From Hyphomonas sp. (GTDB lineage: Bacteria > Pseudomonadota > Alphaproteobacteria > Caulobacterales > Hyphomonadaceae), in assembly GCF_013791775.1 (NCBI RefSeq), contig NZ_VMTE01000007.1: a DNA stretch of 64,000 nucleotides; one strand, given 5' to 3'. Made by a program: the position numbers and the translations under genes. Shown here piece by piece: positions 8,214 to 17,682 of this stretch (positions are counted from its first letter, which is position 1; each line of letters starts with the position of its first letter). The notes under the pieces were generated by a model. That model was not told the DNA's origin. It did no database searches and saw only the letters and a program-made list of their open reading frames with translations.

Positions 8214-9629
8214 ATGTTGCAACAGCTTGGCCAATTGCCCATGGGCTGGTTGCTGATCGCCTTGATCGCAGTATTTGGCTCAGCCGCCTTCTTCCTCGGC
8301 CGTATGCGGGCAGAACAGCTCCTCGAGACATCGACCGGCCGCATGCATTCCCGGCCCAATTATCATGGTTATTACGTCGCCATGTTCACGGTCGTACCTG
8401 TGGTCCTGATCGCGGTGGCCTATGCCATCTTTGCCGAGGACCTGATGCGCAGTCAGCTGACGCGGGAGCTGCCCTCGTCGTTTGATCGCCTGTCGCCGGC
8501 CGAGCTGCAAAGTTATCTGGAATCTGTGCGCATGGCTGCCGGCACGGCGGCCACCTCGGGTGCGGACCGGGTGTTTCAGGCCATCACGAACCGGTACCTC
8601 GAGTTGCGCGGCGTTATGAACACGGCGACGCTGGCGCTGCTGGGCTTGCTCGCGGCGGGTGGGATCTTCTGGTCGCAGCGCCGATTGAGTCAGAATTTCC
8701 GGGCCCGCGCCGTTGTCGAGAACGGTATGGAACTGGTGCTGTTCCTTTGCGCCGGGGTTGCCATTGCCACAACCGCCGGCATCGTCGTCTCGCTGCTGTA
8801 TGAAAGTCTTCAGTTCTTCCAGGTGGTTTCGGTCTGGGACTTCCTGACGGGTACGCGCTGGAACGCGCAGACCAATGCTGAGTTCGGCGCGCTGCCGTTG
8901 TTCTTCGGCACTTTCATGATCGCCCTGATCGCCATGCTGGTCGCGGCGCCCATCGGGCTGTTTTCGGCGATCTTCCTTTCCGAATACGCATCGCCCAAGG
9001 CGCGCGGCTGGATCAAGCCGATTCTCGAGATCCTCGCGGGCATCCCGACCGTGGTGTACGGCTTCTTCGCGCTGCTGGTGGTGGCCCCGGCCATCCGGCA
9101 GATGGCCGTCTGGTTCAACGAAAGCGTCATCCAGATGGGGCTCGCGAGCGAACCGATCCTCGCGGCGCAGCCGACCAGCGCGCTCGCGGCCGGCCTCGTG
9201 ATGGGCATCATGGTCATTCCGTTCGTGTCGTCACTGTCGGATGACGTGATCAATGCGGTGCCGCAGACGTTGCGCGATGCCGCCTATGCGCTCGGGGCAA
9301 CGAAGTCCGAAACGGTCAAGCAGGTCGTCGTGCCGGCGGCGCTGCCCGGCATCATTGCCGCGCTGCTGCTCGCCGTGTCGCGCGCCATCGGCGAAACCAT
9401 GATCGTCGTCATGGCGGCGGGCAAAAGCGCGCGCATCTCGATGGACCCGACCTCCGACCTGACCACCATCACGGTGCAAATCGTATCGTTGATGACAGGC
9501 GAAACCGGCTTCGACGACCCGAAGACGCTGTCCGCCTTTGCGCTCGGTCTCGTCCTGTTCATCGTCACCCTCATATTCAACATCGTCGCCCTACGCGTCG
9601 TGAAGAAGTATCGGGAAAAATATGAGTAA
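8214..9629 (+). CDS. pstC: phosphate ABC transporter permease PstC (long form)
   Basis: Track ORF 8214..9629. It has the permease core FGALPLFFGTFMIALIAMLVAAPIGLFSAIFLSEYA and is the first gene of a pst operon. Confidence 0.92.
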   Translation: MLQQLGQLPMGWLLIALIAVFGSAAFFLGRMRAEQLLETSTGRMHSRPNYHGYYVAMFTVVPVVLIAVAYAIFAEDLMRSQLTRELPSSFDRLSPAELQSYLESVRMAAGTAATSGADRVFQAITNRYLELRGVMNTATLALLGLLAAGGIFWSQRRLSQNFRARAVVENGMELVLFLCAGVAIATTAGIVVSLLYESLQFFQVVSVWDFLTGTRWNAQTNAEFGALPLFFGTFMIALIAMLVAAPIGLFSAIFLSEYASPKARGWIKPILEILAGIPTVVYGFFALLVVAPAIRQMAVWFNESVIQMGLASEPILAAQPTSALAAGLVMGIMVIPFVSSLSDDVINAVPQTLRDAAYALGATKSETVKQVVVPAALPGIIAALLLAVSRAIGETMIVVMAAGKSARISMDPTSDLTTITVQIVSLMTGETGFDDPKTLSAFALGLVLFIVTLIFNIVALRVVKKYREKYE

Positions 9630-11202
9630 GAAACCGGGCGCCCTGACGACCAGCGCGGCTTCGGCCAAGCACCTGAAGCGCCGGCGCGCCGCTGACGGGC
9701 GCTTTCGGTATTATGGGCTGAGCGCCATCGTTGTCGCGCTCGGCGCGCTCGCGGTCCTGGCGGTGACGATCGGTTCGCAGGCGATGTCGGCCGCCAGCTA
9801 CCATGTCGTCAGTTATGAGGTGACGCTGGATCCTGCGGTCATCGCGCCCGAGGGGGCAAGCCGGCCGGAAGACATCTCCCGCAACGTGGACGGCTTCTAC
9901 AGCCTCGTGCGTGACAATCTCCTGAACACCTTCCCGGAAGCGGGCGCGGACCGGAACTCGCGCCGGGAGGTGTCCGACTTCGTGACCCGCCTGGCCGTGC
10001 TTCCGACTGCGCGCCTCGTGGCCGGAAATCCGGAACTGATCGGCAGCCGCATTTCGGTGACAGCGCCGCTCAACGACGACCTTGACCTTTACCTGAAGGG
10101 CATCGGCGTCCGCGAGCGCAAGATCAGGGCCGGCGCCATTTCTTCGGTGGAGCCGGCGCCGGAAGGCGCGTTCCAGGTTTCCGGGGCCGGCGCCTTCAAT
10201 GGCCTTCTGGCGGGCCTCACCGTCGCCAATGAGGGCCGCAAGGACGATGCCGTCCAGCTGGACGTCCTGCTGACGTCGGGCGTATCGACCGGTCGTTTGA
10301 CTGAGATCAGTGCTGATACCGCGCATCTCGAGTTGCTGACGGGGCGTGTTGCGGATTTCACGGAAAGTGCGCCGACCGCCCGCATCATCCAGTCGGCCGA
10401 GAGCGAGCGGACCATTTCCAACAAGCAGATCGCCTGGACGCTGGCGCTGCAGGACATGGGCCGGATCAAACGCGCGCCGCGCTGGACGCTGCTGACCAAT
10501 TCCGACAGCACCTATCCCGAACTGGCCGGCGGCCTGTCGGCGATTGTGGGCTCCCTGCTGACCATGCTGGTCACCGCGCTCGTGGCGATGCCGGTCGGCA
10601 TCCTGGCGGCGGTGTACCTGGAAGAATTTGCGCCGCGCAACCGGGTGACCGAGTTCATCGAGGTGAACATCAACAACCTTGCCGCTGTGCCCTCGATCGT
10701 ATTCGGCCTTCTGGGCGCAGCGCTGTTCATCAACTTCATCGGCATGCCGCGCTCGGCGCCTCTGGTTGGCGGTCTGGTGCTGGCGCTGATGACCTTTCCG
10801 GTGGTGATCATCGCGTCGCGGGCCGCACTCAAATCGGTGCCACCTTCGGTGCGTGCCGGCGCGCTGGCGGTCGGCGCCTCGCAGATGCAGACCGTGTTTC
10901 ACCACGTCGTCCCGCTGGCCGCGCCGGGCATCCTGACCGGGGCAATCCTCGGCATGGCGCGGGCGCTGGGCGAAACCGCGCCGCTGCTGCTGATCGGTAT
11001 GGTGGCCTTCGTGGGCGATGTGCCGAAAAGCCCGATGGATGAATCCACGGTCATGCCGGTGCTGATTTTCAGCTGGTCGAACAACGCCGAACGGGCGTGG
11101 GAGCCGCTGACAGCCGCGATGATCGTGATCCTGCTGGCTTTCCTTTTGCTGATGAATGGCCTGGTGGTATTCTTGCGGCGTAAATACGAACGGAGATGGT
11201 GA
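9622..11202 (+). CDS. pstA: phosphate ABC transporter permease PstA (long form)
   Basis: Track ORF 9622..11202. It overlaps pstC by 8 nt. The C-terminal permease core is [36 protein letters not shown]. Confidence 0.92.
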   Translation: MSKKPGALTTSAASAKHLKRRRAADGRFRYYGLSAIVVALGALAVLAVTIGSQAMSAASYHVVSYEVTLDPAVIAPEGASRPEDISRNVDGFYSLVRDNLLNTFPEAGADRNSRREVSDFVTRLAVLPTARLVAGNPELIGSRISVTAPLNDDLDLYLKGIGVRERKIRAGAISSVEPAPEGAFQVSGAGAFNGLLAGLTVANEGRKDDAVQLDVLLTSGVSTGRLTEISADTAHLELLTGRVADFTESAPTARIIQSAESERTISNKQIAWTLALQDMGRIKRAPRWTLLTNSDSTYPELAGGLSAIVGSLLTMLVTALVAMPVGILAAVYLEEFAPRNRVTEFIEVNINNLAAVPSIVFGLLGAALFINFIGMPRSAPLVGGLVLALMTFPVVIIASRAALKSVPPSVRAGALAVGASQMQTVFHHVVPLAAPGILTGAILGMARALGETAPLLLIGMVAFVGDVPKSPMDESTVMPVLIFSWSNNAERAWEPLTAAMIVILLAFLLLMNGLVVFLRRKYERRW

Positions 11203-12032
11203 TGGATACGACCCTGGGCATGTCCACTGCAGTGGACGACAACCTCACGCTTCCGCCGGCAACCGACACGGCCGCCGCGCCGCGCATAGATTGCCGGAAC
11301 ATCAAGGTGTTCTACGGCGAGACCGAAGCGATCCATGATGTGTCGATGGCTTTCCCGGACCGCGCCGTGACTGCGCTGATCGGCCCGTCCGGCTGCGGCA
11401 AGTCCACCTTCCTGCGCTGCCTCAACCGGATGAACGACACGATCGAGAACTGCCGGGTCGAGGGCGAGATCCTGATGGACGGCGAGAACATCAACGACGC
11501 CGATGTCGATCCCGTGCTGCTGCGCTCGCGCGTCGGCATGGTGTTCCAGAAGCCGAACCCGTTTCCCAAGTCGATCTATGACAATATCGCCTATGGCCCG
11601 CGTATTCACGGGCTGGCGAACGGACGGGAAGACCTCGACGCCATCGTCGAGAAAAGCCTGCGCCGTGCGGGTCTCTGGGACGAGGTGAAGGACCGCCTTG
11701 CCGCGCCCGGCACCGGGCTTTCGGGCGGCCAGCAGCAACGCTTGTGCATTGCCCGTGCGATTGCCGTGCAGCCGGAGGTGATCCTGATGGACGAGCCGTG
11801 CTCGGCGCTTGACCCGATCGCCACGGCGCGCATCGAGGAGCTGATCGACGAATTGCGCAACCGCTACTGTATCGTGATCGTGACCCACTCGATGCAGCAG
11901 GCGGCCCGCGTGTCCCAGCGCACGGCGTTCTTCCACCTCGGGAACCTGGTGGAACTGGGCGACACGAGCCAGATATTCACGAATCCGCGTGAGAAGCGTA
12001 CGGAAGACTATATCACCGGCCGGTTTGGCTGA
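11196..12032 (+). CDS. pstB: phosphate ABC transporter ATP-binding protein PstB
   Basis: Track ORF 11196..12032. It has Walker [10 protein letters not shown], the signature LSGGQQQRL and Walker B ILMDEP. Confidence 0.96.
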   Translation: MVMDTTLGMSTAVDDNLTLPPATDTAAAPRIDCRNIKVFYGETEAIHDVSMAFPDRAVTALIGPSGCGKSTFLRCLNRMNDTIENCRVEGEILMDGENINDADVDPVLLRSRVGMVFQKPNPFPKSIYDNIAYGPRIHGLANGREDLDAIVEKSLRRAGLWDEVKDRLAAPGTGLSGGQQQRLCIARAIAVQPEVILMDEPCSALDPIATARIEELIDELRNRYCIVIVTHSMQQAARVSQRTAFFHLGNLVELGDTSQIFTNPREKRTEDYITGRFG

Positions 12033-12043
12033 GCGGAGACACC

Positions 12044-12730
12044 ATGTCAGATCATATCGTTTCAGCCTATTCAGAAGAACTCGAGCGGCTTTCGGCCGAA
12101 ATCCTCAAGATGGGCGGCATCGTTGAGACAATGATTACCGATGCCTGCCGCGCGCTGGTGTCGAATGATCTCGAGCTGGCCAAGGAAGTTGTCCTGCGCG
12201 ATCCGCTGGTCGACGCGATCGAAGCGGATGCGGAGCGTCAGATCGTGTCGCTGATCGCGCGGCGCCAGCCGATGGGCCATGACCTGCGGATGATCCTGTC
12301 GGCCATGAAAATCTCGAGCGAACTGGAGCGTATCGGCGACCTGTCGAAGAACATCGCCAAGCGGACGCAGCGGCTCGACGACAACGTCAATGTCGAAATG
12401 CGCAACGCGATCCTCCGCATGGCGCAGCCGGTGTCGCACCAGCTCAAGGATGTGCTGAACGCCTATGCCACCGGCAGCGCCGAAAAGGCCAGGATCGTGT
12501 GGGGCGCCGACGATGACATCGACCTGCATTACAATGCGGTGTTCCGTGAAATGCTGACCCATCTCTTGGAGGACCCCCGCCGGATCACGGCCGGGGCGCA
12601 CATGCTGTTCATGGCGAAGAACCTTGAACGGATCGGCGACCACTGCACCAACATCGCAGAGTTTGTCTACTACCAGGCTGTCGGAGACTATTTATCAGAA
12701 CTTGAACGGCCGAAGCAGAACCAGGTCTGA
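12044..12730 (+). CDS. phoU: phosphate signalling complex protein PhoU
   Basis: Track ORF 12044..12730. The duplicated E(R)IGD motifs (ELERIGDLSKNIA and NLERIGDHCTNIA) are present. Confidence 0.95.
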   Translation: MSDHIVSAYSEELERLSAEILKMGGIVETMITDACRALVSNDLELAKEVVLRDPLVDAIEADAERQIVSLIARRQPMGHDLRMILSAMKISSELERIGDLSKNIAKRTQRLDDNVNVEMRNAILRMAQPVSHQLKDVLNAYATGSAEKARIVWGADDDIDLHYNAVFREMLTHLLEDPRRITAGAHMLFMAKNLERIGDHCTNIAEFVYYQAVGDYLSELERPKQNQV

Positions 12731-12767
12731 GGCCCGAAGCGCCGGCGGGATCAATGGAGCCCACGTT

Positions 12768-13454
12768 ATGAAACCCTATGTGCTGATCGCAGAAGACGAA
12801 AAGGCCGTGTCAGAGTTGCTGCTCTATAATCTCCGCAAGGAGGATTATGATGTCGGGATTGCCGGCGATGGGGAGGAAACGCTGATCATGATCGATGAGC
12901 GCGCGCCGGACCTGCTGCTGCTCGACTGGATGCTGCCCAAGGTGAGCGGGATCGAGATCTGCCGGCGCGTACGTACGACAGGCGCGAACCCGAACCTGCC
13001 GATCATCATGCTGACGGCGCGCGGCGAGGAGAGTGACCGGATCCGAGGGCTTGATACGGGTGCGGACGATTATGTCACCAAGCCGTTCTCCACGACCGAA
13101 CTGATGGCAAGGGTGCGCGCCGTGCTGCGCCGCATCCGTCCGGGTCTCAAGGAAGACCGGATCACGGTCGGCGATATCGAGATCGACCGGGTGGCGCACC
13201 GGGTATCGCGCAAGGGGTCGGACATCCATCTCGGCCCGACGGAGTTCCGCCTGCTCGACTATTTCATGCAGCATCCCGGGCGCGTGTTCTCTCGCGAACA
13301 GTTGCTCGACACGGTGTGGGGCTCGGATGTGTATGTCGAGGCGCGCACGGTGGATGTGCATGTCGGACGGCTGCGCAAGGCGCTGCGCAATGGCGGCGGG
13401 GATGATCCGATCCGGACGGTGCGTTCGGCCGGCTATGCGCTGCGGGAAGACTGA
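12768..13454 (+). CDS. phoB: phosphate regulon response regulator PhoB
   Basis: Track ORF 12624..13454 trimmed to MKPYVLIAEDE (ATG 12768). It has a REC domain (LLLLDWMLP) and an OmpR-type wHTH (LGPTEFRLLDYF...VDVHVGRLRKAL). Confidence 0.93.
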   Translation: MKPYVLIAEDEKAVSELLLYNLRKEDYDVGIAGDGEETLIMIDERAPDLLLLDWMLPKVSGIEICRRVRTTGANPNLPIIMLTARGEESDRIRGLDTGADDYVTKPFSTTELMARVRAVLRRIRPGLKEDRITVGDIEIDRVAHRVSRKGSDIHLGPTEFRLLDYFMQHPGRVFSREQLLDTVWGSDVYVEARTVDVHVGRLRKALRNGGGDDPIRTVRSAGYALRED

Positions 13455-13487
13455 CGGGAGCCGCTGGCGGCCCCCGCCGGTGACCCC

Positions 13488-14189
13488 TCAGCCGAAGAGT
13501 TCGGCGAGGAACGTTTTCAGGTAAGCAAAGCTGCGCCGGTCGGCGTCCGCGTCGTAAACGGTGCCCATGGCGGCGTTGTTCGCCCCCAGTGTGGTGAACG
13601 CGTGCACGGCCTTGCCATGCGCGTGAAGCTGCCAATCGGCACCGTCGAATTCCCTGGCGATGGCGAGCACGTCCTGCGGCGTCGCCATCGGGTCGAGCCA
13701 GCCATGCTCGATCAGCACCTTCGCCTTGATCTTCGGTTGCGGAATGTTTTCAGCAGGGCGGAACAGTCCGTGGAAGGCGGCTACGCCGAGCAGGTCGTGG
13801 CCGGCGCGGGCCATGTCGAGCACGCTGAGGCCGCCGAAGCAGAAGCCGATCGCCGCCGCTTTCGAGGCATCGACACCGACTTGTGACTTCGCGGCAGCAA
13901 GGCCGCCCGCGAGGCGCTTCTGCAGCTCGGCGCGATTGCCGACCAGCGGGTTCATCAGGGCCTGGCATTCCTCGACCGACACGCCGCGCTTGCCCTTGCC
14001 ATAAACATCCATTGCGAACGCCGCATAGCCGAACTCCCGGGAAATGATTTCGGCTTTCTGTTTCTCGTTGTCGCCGAGGCCGCCCCAGGCGTGGGCGATG
14101 GCGACGACGGGGGCCTTAGCCACTCCGGCGGGCTTCACGAAGTAACCCTCGTAAGTCTGTCCGTCGATCTCGTAGTCCAATGCGCTCAT
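13488..14189 (-). CDS. dienelactone hydrolase family protein
   Basis: Track ORF 13488..14189. Its DLH-like pattern includes AIGFCFGG (nucleophile elbow with Cys) and a C-terminal H in VHAF. Confidence 0.8.
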   Translation of the reverse strand: MSALDYEIDGQTYEGYFVKPAGVAKAPVVAIAHAWGGLGDNEKQKAEIISREFGYAAFAMDVYGKGKRGVSVEECQALMNPLVGNRAELQKRLAGGLAAAKSQVGVDASKAAAIGFCFGGLSVLDMARAGHDLLGVAAFHGLFRPAENIPQPKIKAKVLIEHGWLDPMATPQDVLAIAREFDGADWQLHAHGKAVHAFTTLGANNAAMGTVYDADADRRSFAYLKTFLAELFG

Positions 14190-14334
14190 GGCGATCTCCT
14201 CACTTGTTTTCGTCGTCTTGGATAAGGCGGTTCACCGGCCCAGTTCAAGGCAGTCGGCGATTAGTATGCGCTTTCTAGACTTATTCCCTAGAAGGGGCGG
14301 CATGAACCCATCCTCTCTCGCAAAGGAGCCCCCC

Positions 14335-15147
14335 ATGGCGAAGAAAACCACCAAGACATCGACCCGCGCAAAAGCTGCGGCCGTTGGCAAGCAAGTTGAA
14401 GCCCAATCGACCGAAATGGCCTACAAGATCTGGCTCGCAGGCGTCGGCGCCTATGGCAAAGCCTACGACACGGCGATGGCCGGCGCGAACGTGCTGAACA
14501 AGCAATCGGCTGATGTCTTCGACGACCTGGTGAAACGCGGCGCGGAAATCGAGCATGATGTGCGCGCCCGTCTCGCAGCCGACGAACGCGTCTCCGGCGC
14601 GTCGAAGCAGGTGCACAAGACCCTCGAAACCGTCCGCGACATGCAGACCCAGGCCCGCGACCAGTTCGAGGCCCGCCTTGACCGTATGCGCGGTCTGCTC
14701 GGCGTCAAGAACTTCGGCACGGTGCGCGACACGGTCGCCCGCCAGATCGACAAGCTCGAAGACGAAGTGGCTGCCGTGACCTCGAAAGCCCGTGCGACAG
14801 TCGGTGACGTGGACCTCAAGGCACGCCTGGCCCGCCTGACGGCTGAGATCGAAGCGGTAGCCGGCGAGACCGGCGCGGATGTTGCCAAGACGGCGAAGAA
14901 GGCCGCCCGCAAGACCTCGAAAGCCATGAAGGCGGCGTTTGCTGCACCGGAAGCGGCTGACGACCTGACGCAAGCGGACGGCATTGGTCCGGCGCTGGCC
15001 AAGAAGCTCCACGCCGAAGGCCTGACGCGCTTTTCGCAGCTGGCCGCCCTGAAGAAAGGTGAGCTGGAGGCGCTCGACACGAAAGTGACCGGCCGCGGCC
15101 GGGTTGCGAAAGCTGCATGGGCGAAACTGGCGAAAGCCGCCGTCTGA
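14335..15147 (+). CDS. PHA granule-associated protein (PhaF/PhaI-family phasin) with a C-terminal helix-hairpin-helix module
   Basis: Track ORF 14188..15147 trimmed to MAKKTTK (ATG 14335; AAGGAG at 14323-14328). The N-terminal block YKIWLAGVGAYGKAYD...VFDDLVKRGAEIE resembles Pseudomonas PhaF/PhaI. The C-terminus carries DDLTQADGIGPALAKKLHAEGLTRFSQLAAL (HhH). Confidence 0.8.
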   Translation: MAKKTTKTSTRAKAAAVGKQVEAQSTEMAYKIWLAGVGAYGKAYDTAMAGANVLNKQSADVFDDLVKRGAEIEHDVRARLAADERVSGASKQVHKTLETVRDMQTQARDQFEARLDRMRGLLGVKNFGTVRDTVARQIDKLEDEVAAVTSKARATVGDVDLKARLARLTAEIEAVAGETGADVAKTAKKAARKTSKAMKAAFAAPEAADDLTQADGIGPALAKKLHAEGLTRFSQLAALKKGELEALDTKVTGRGRVAKAAWAKLAKAAV

Positions 15148-15155
15148 ACACGTCA

Positions 15156-15187
15156 AAGGGGCGGATCGGCAGGATCCGCCCTTTTTA
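15156..15187 (+). terminator. rho-independent terminator (bidirectional)
   Basis: GGGCGGATC (15159-15167) pairs with GATCCGCCC (15173-15181), is followed by TTTTT and preceded by AAA. It lies between the convergent phasin and phaD-like genes. Confidence 0.75.
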
Positions 15188-15814
15188 CTTCGTCTCTTCG
15201 AAGTGCCGGATCATGCGACCCAGCGCCGCCGGACCTGCATCGCCCATGTAGGGCACCATCAGGCACATCACCTGGAACACCGTCTTGTGGATGAGGGCAG
15301 GGCCGTCATGGACCTCTTTGGTGAGAGCATCGCCCGCGAGCCAGAAGGTCAGTGTCATGATGATCTGGTCGATCAACGGTTCCTTGAGGCGCTTTTCGAT
15401 GGTCAGCGTTCCGGCCCGCTCAAGATCGGTGAGGATGCGGGCAATCGTCTGGCGCTTTCCCGCGACCAGGCTGCGGAAGCGAACGGCAAGATCGGGATAG
15501 CGGGCGAGGAGGCCGGCGAGGTTGCGGTAGAAAAAGCGGAAGTCGTAGATCTCTTCCAGCAGGATGTAGATGTAGACCCAATTGTCCTCGATCGACGCGA
15601 GACCGCCTTTCGAGCCGCGCAGGATGACGCGCATCTCTTCCTCGAACCGGTCGAACAGGGCGCGGTTGATCGCATCCTTGCCCTTGAAATGGTAATAGAG
15701 GTTGCCGGGGCTGATCTCCAGCGCGTTGGCAATATCGACAGACGACAGCTGCGCTTCTCCTTCCTCGTTGAAGAGAAGGAGGCTGACTTCAAGTATCCGG
15801 TCGCGTGTTTTCAT
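15185..15814 (-). CDS. phaD: TetR-family regulator, PhaD-like
   Basis: Track ORF 15185..15820, with ATG at 15812-15814. MKTRDRILEVSLLLFNEEGEAQLSSVDIANALEISPGNLYYHFKGK closely parallels the N-terminus of Pseudomonas PhaD. Confidence 0.85.
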   Translation of the reverse strand: MKTRDRILEVSLLLFNEEGEAQLSSVDIANALEISPGNLYYHFKGKDAINRALFDRFEEEMRVILRGSKGGLASIEDNWVYIYILLEEIYDFRFFYRNLAGLLARYPDLAVRFRSLVAGKRQTIARILTDLERAGTLTIEKRLKEPLIDQIIMTLTFWLAGDALTKEVHDGPALIHKTVFQVMCLMVPYMGDAGPAALGRMIRHFEETK

Positions 15815-15827
15815 GGCCACCAGGGCA

Positions 15828-15855
15828 GTTTGACAGCTAAATCTGACTGTGAAAC
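15828..15855. promoter_or_regulatory. inverted repeat in the phaD/phaC divergent region (candidate TetR/PhaD operator)
   Basis: GTTTGACAG (15828-15836), a 10-nt spacer, then CTGTGAAAC (15847-15855); 8 of 9 positions are complementary. It contains a TTGACA hexamer. Confidence 0.3.
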
Positions 15856-15971
15856 GAATTTTGTGAGTAAATTTACCACGGTCTTTTTGCCGGATGGCAA
15901 GGGACCGGGACTAGAACGGCCACTGGCAGGTCTCTGCCGGGAGAGACCGTCGCCACCTGGGAGGGACTGGA

Positions 15972-17660
15972 ATGAGCACACCTAAAGACGAAATCGCCCA
16001 GAATGCGGCGCAAAACACGACGGCTCTTAACCCGTTGCTGGGCGGCATTAACCGGCAGGAACTGCTGGGGGCGGTGGCGATGATGCTGCGCTCATCGGTG
16101 ACCAATCCGGTCACCACGGCGAAGGCTATGGGCAAGATTGCGTCGGAAAACACCCAGATACTGCTCGGCAAGTCCAGGCGCGAGGCCGACAAGAAGGACC
16201 GCCGCTTCAAGGACCCGGCCTGGGAGCACAACCCCTTCTACAAGCGCGGCATGCAGGCCTACCTCGCGACGCAGGCACATCTCCACGAATGGGTCGGCGA
16301 CATCAGGATGTCCGAACTCGAACACGCCCGTGCAAAGTTCGTGATGGGCATGATCACCGACGCGATGGCGCCGACGAACACGTTGCTGGGCAATCCGGCC
16401 GCAACCAAGCGCGTGGTCGATTCCGGCGGGCTGTCGCTGCTGAAGGGCATGAAGAACCTCTATGACGACCTGACCAAGAATGGCGGATTGCCGTCGCAGG
16501 TCGACAAGCGCCCGTTCAAGGTCGGCGAAAACCTAGCTGTGTCCAAGGGCGCCGTGGTGTGGAAAAACGAGATGCTGGAACTGATCCAGTATGCGCCGAC
16601 GACGGAGAAGGTCTACAAGACGCCGATCTTGATCATCCCACCTCAGATCAACAAGTTTTATGCCATGGACCTGACGCCGATGACGTCGATGGTCCAGTTC
16701 CTGCTGGCGATGGAGCAGCAAACCTTCGTCATCTCCTGGCGCAATCCGAAAAAGGAGCATCGGAACTGGGGGCTGGCCGATTATATCGACAGTCTCGTGC
16801 AGGCGAGCGAAGTGGTGCGCAAGATCACCAAGTCGCCGAAGCTCAACGTGTCCGGCGCCTGTTCGGGCGGCATCACGACGGCGACGTTTGCGAGCCTGCT
16901 GGCTGCGGCGGGCGACAAGCGGATCAATGCCGTCACCTTCATGGTCTGCGTGCTGAATCCGCAGAAGGAAGACAGCGATATCGGCCAGATCGTGTCCGAT
17001 GGCAGCCTCGAGATTGCGCGCAAGATGTCCAGGGCGCGCGGCATCCTGAAGGGCGACGACCTTGCCCGGATGTTTGCCTGGATGCGACCGAACGATCTGA
17101 TCTGGAACTACGTCGTCAACAACTACCTGATGGGCGAAGACCCGCCGCCCTATGACGTTCTGTTCTGGAATAACGATACCACGAACCTGCCGGCGCAGCT
17201 GCATTCGGACTATCTGGATGTCGCGCTGCTCCAGCCGTTTGATCATCCGGGTACGGTAGAGGTGGCCGGGCACGTTGCGGACTTGAGCAAGGTGACCGCC
17301 GATGCGTTTGTGGTTGCCGGTCTCACTGATCACATCACGCCCTGGAAGGCCTGCTATCGCACACCGTCGCTGCTCGGCTCGAAGAACATCGAATTCGTTC
17401 TTTCGTCGAGCGGGCACCTGCAATCCCTCATCAACCCGCCGGGGAACCCGAAGGCGAAATATTTCCGCAGCTCGGTGATGAAACCGACCCCGGACGAATG
17501 GGCCGCGAGCGCCGAGGAGCATGCAGGCTCCTGGTGGCCGCGCTGGGGAGAATGGTTGAAGGCGCGCTCGGGCGCTCTTAAATCAGCGCCGCAGGGCGTC
17601 GGCAACGAAGCCTTTCCGCCCCTCTACGCGGCGCCAGGCCGCTACGTCTTCAACGACTAG
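15972..17660 (+). CDS. phaC: class II-type poly(3-hydroxyalkanoate) synthase
   Basis: Track ORF 15972..17660 (562 aa). It has the lipase-box GACSGGIT and the blocks DRRFKDPAW, PPQINKFYAMDL, QQTFVISWRNP, FAWMRPNDLIWNYVVNNYL, LFWNNDTTNLPA and EFVLSSSGHLQSLINPPGNPKA. As far as I recall, these match Pseudomonas PhaC1/C2. Confidence 0.92.
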   Translation: MSTPKDEIAQNAAQNTTALNPLLGGINRQELLGAVAMMLRSSVTNPVTTAKAMGKIASENTQILLGKSRREADKKDRRFKDPAWEHNPFYKRGMQAYLATQAHLHEWVGDIRMSELEHARAKFVMGMITDAMAPTNTLLGNPAATKRVVDSGGLSLLKGMKNLYDDLTKNGGLPSQVDKRPFKVGENLAVSKGAVVWKNEMLELIQYAPTTEKVYKTPILIIPPQINKFYAMDLTPMTSMVQFLLAMEQQTFVISWRNPKKEHRNWGLADYIDSLVQASEVVRKITKSPKLNVSGACSGGITTATFASLLAAAGDKRINAVTFMVCVLNPQKEDSDIGQIVSDGSLEIARKMSRARGILKGDDLARMFAWMRPNDLIWNYVVNNYLMGEDPPPYDVLFWNNDTTNLPAQLHSDYLDVALLQPFDHPGTVEVAGHVADLSKVTADAFVVAGLTDHITPWKACYRTPSLLGSKNIEFVLSSSGHLQSLINPPGNPKAKYFRSSVMKPTPDEWAASAEEHAGSWWPRWGEWLKARSGALKSAPQGVGNEAFPPLYAAPGRYVFND

Positions 17661-17682
17661 GATTTCAAGCAAGGACCGCGTC

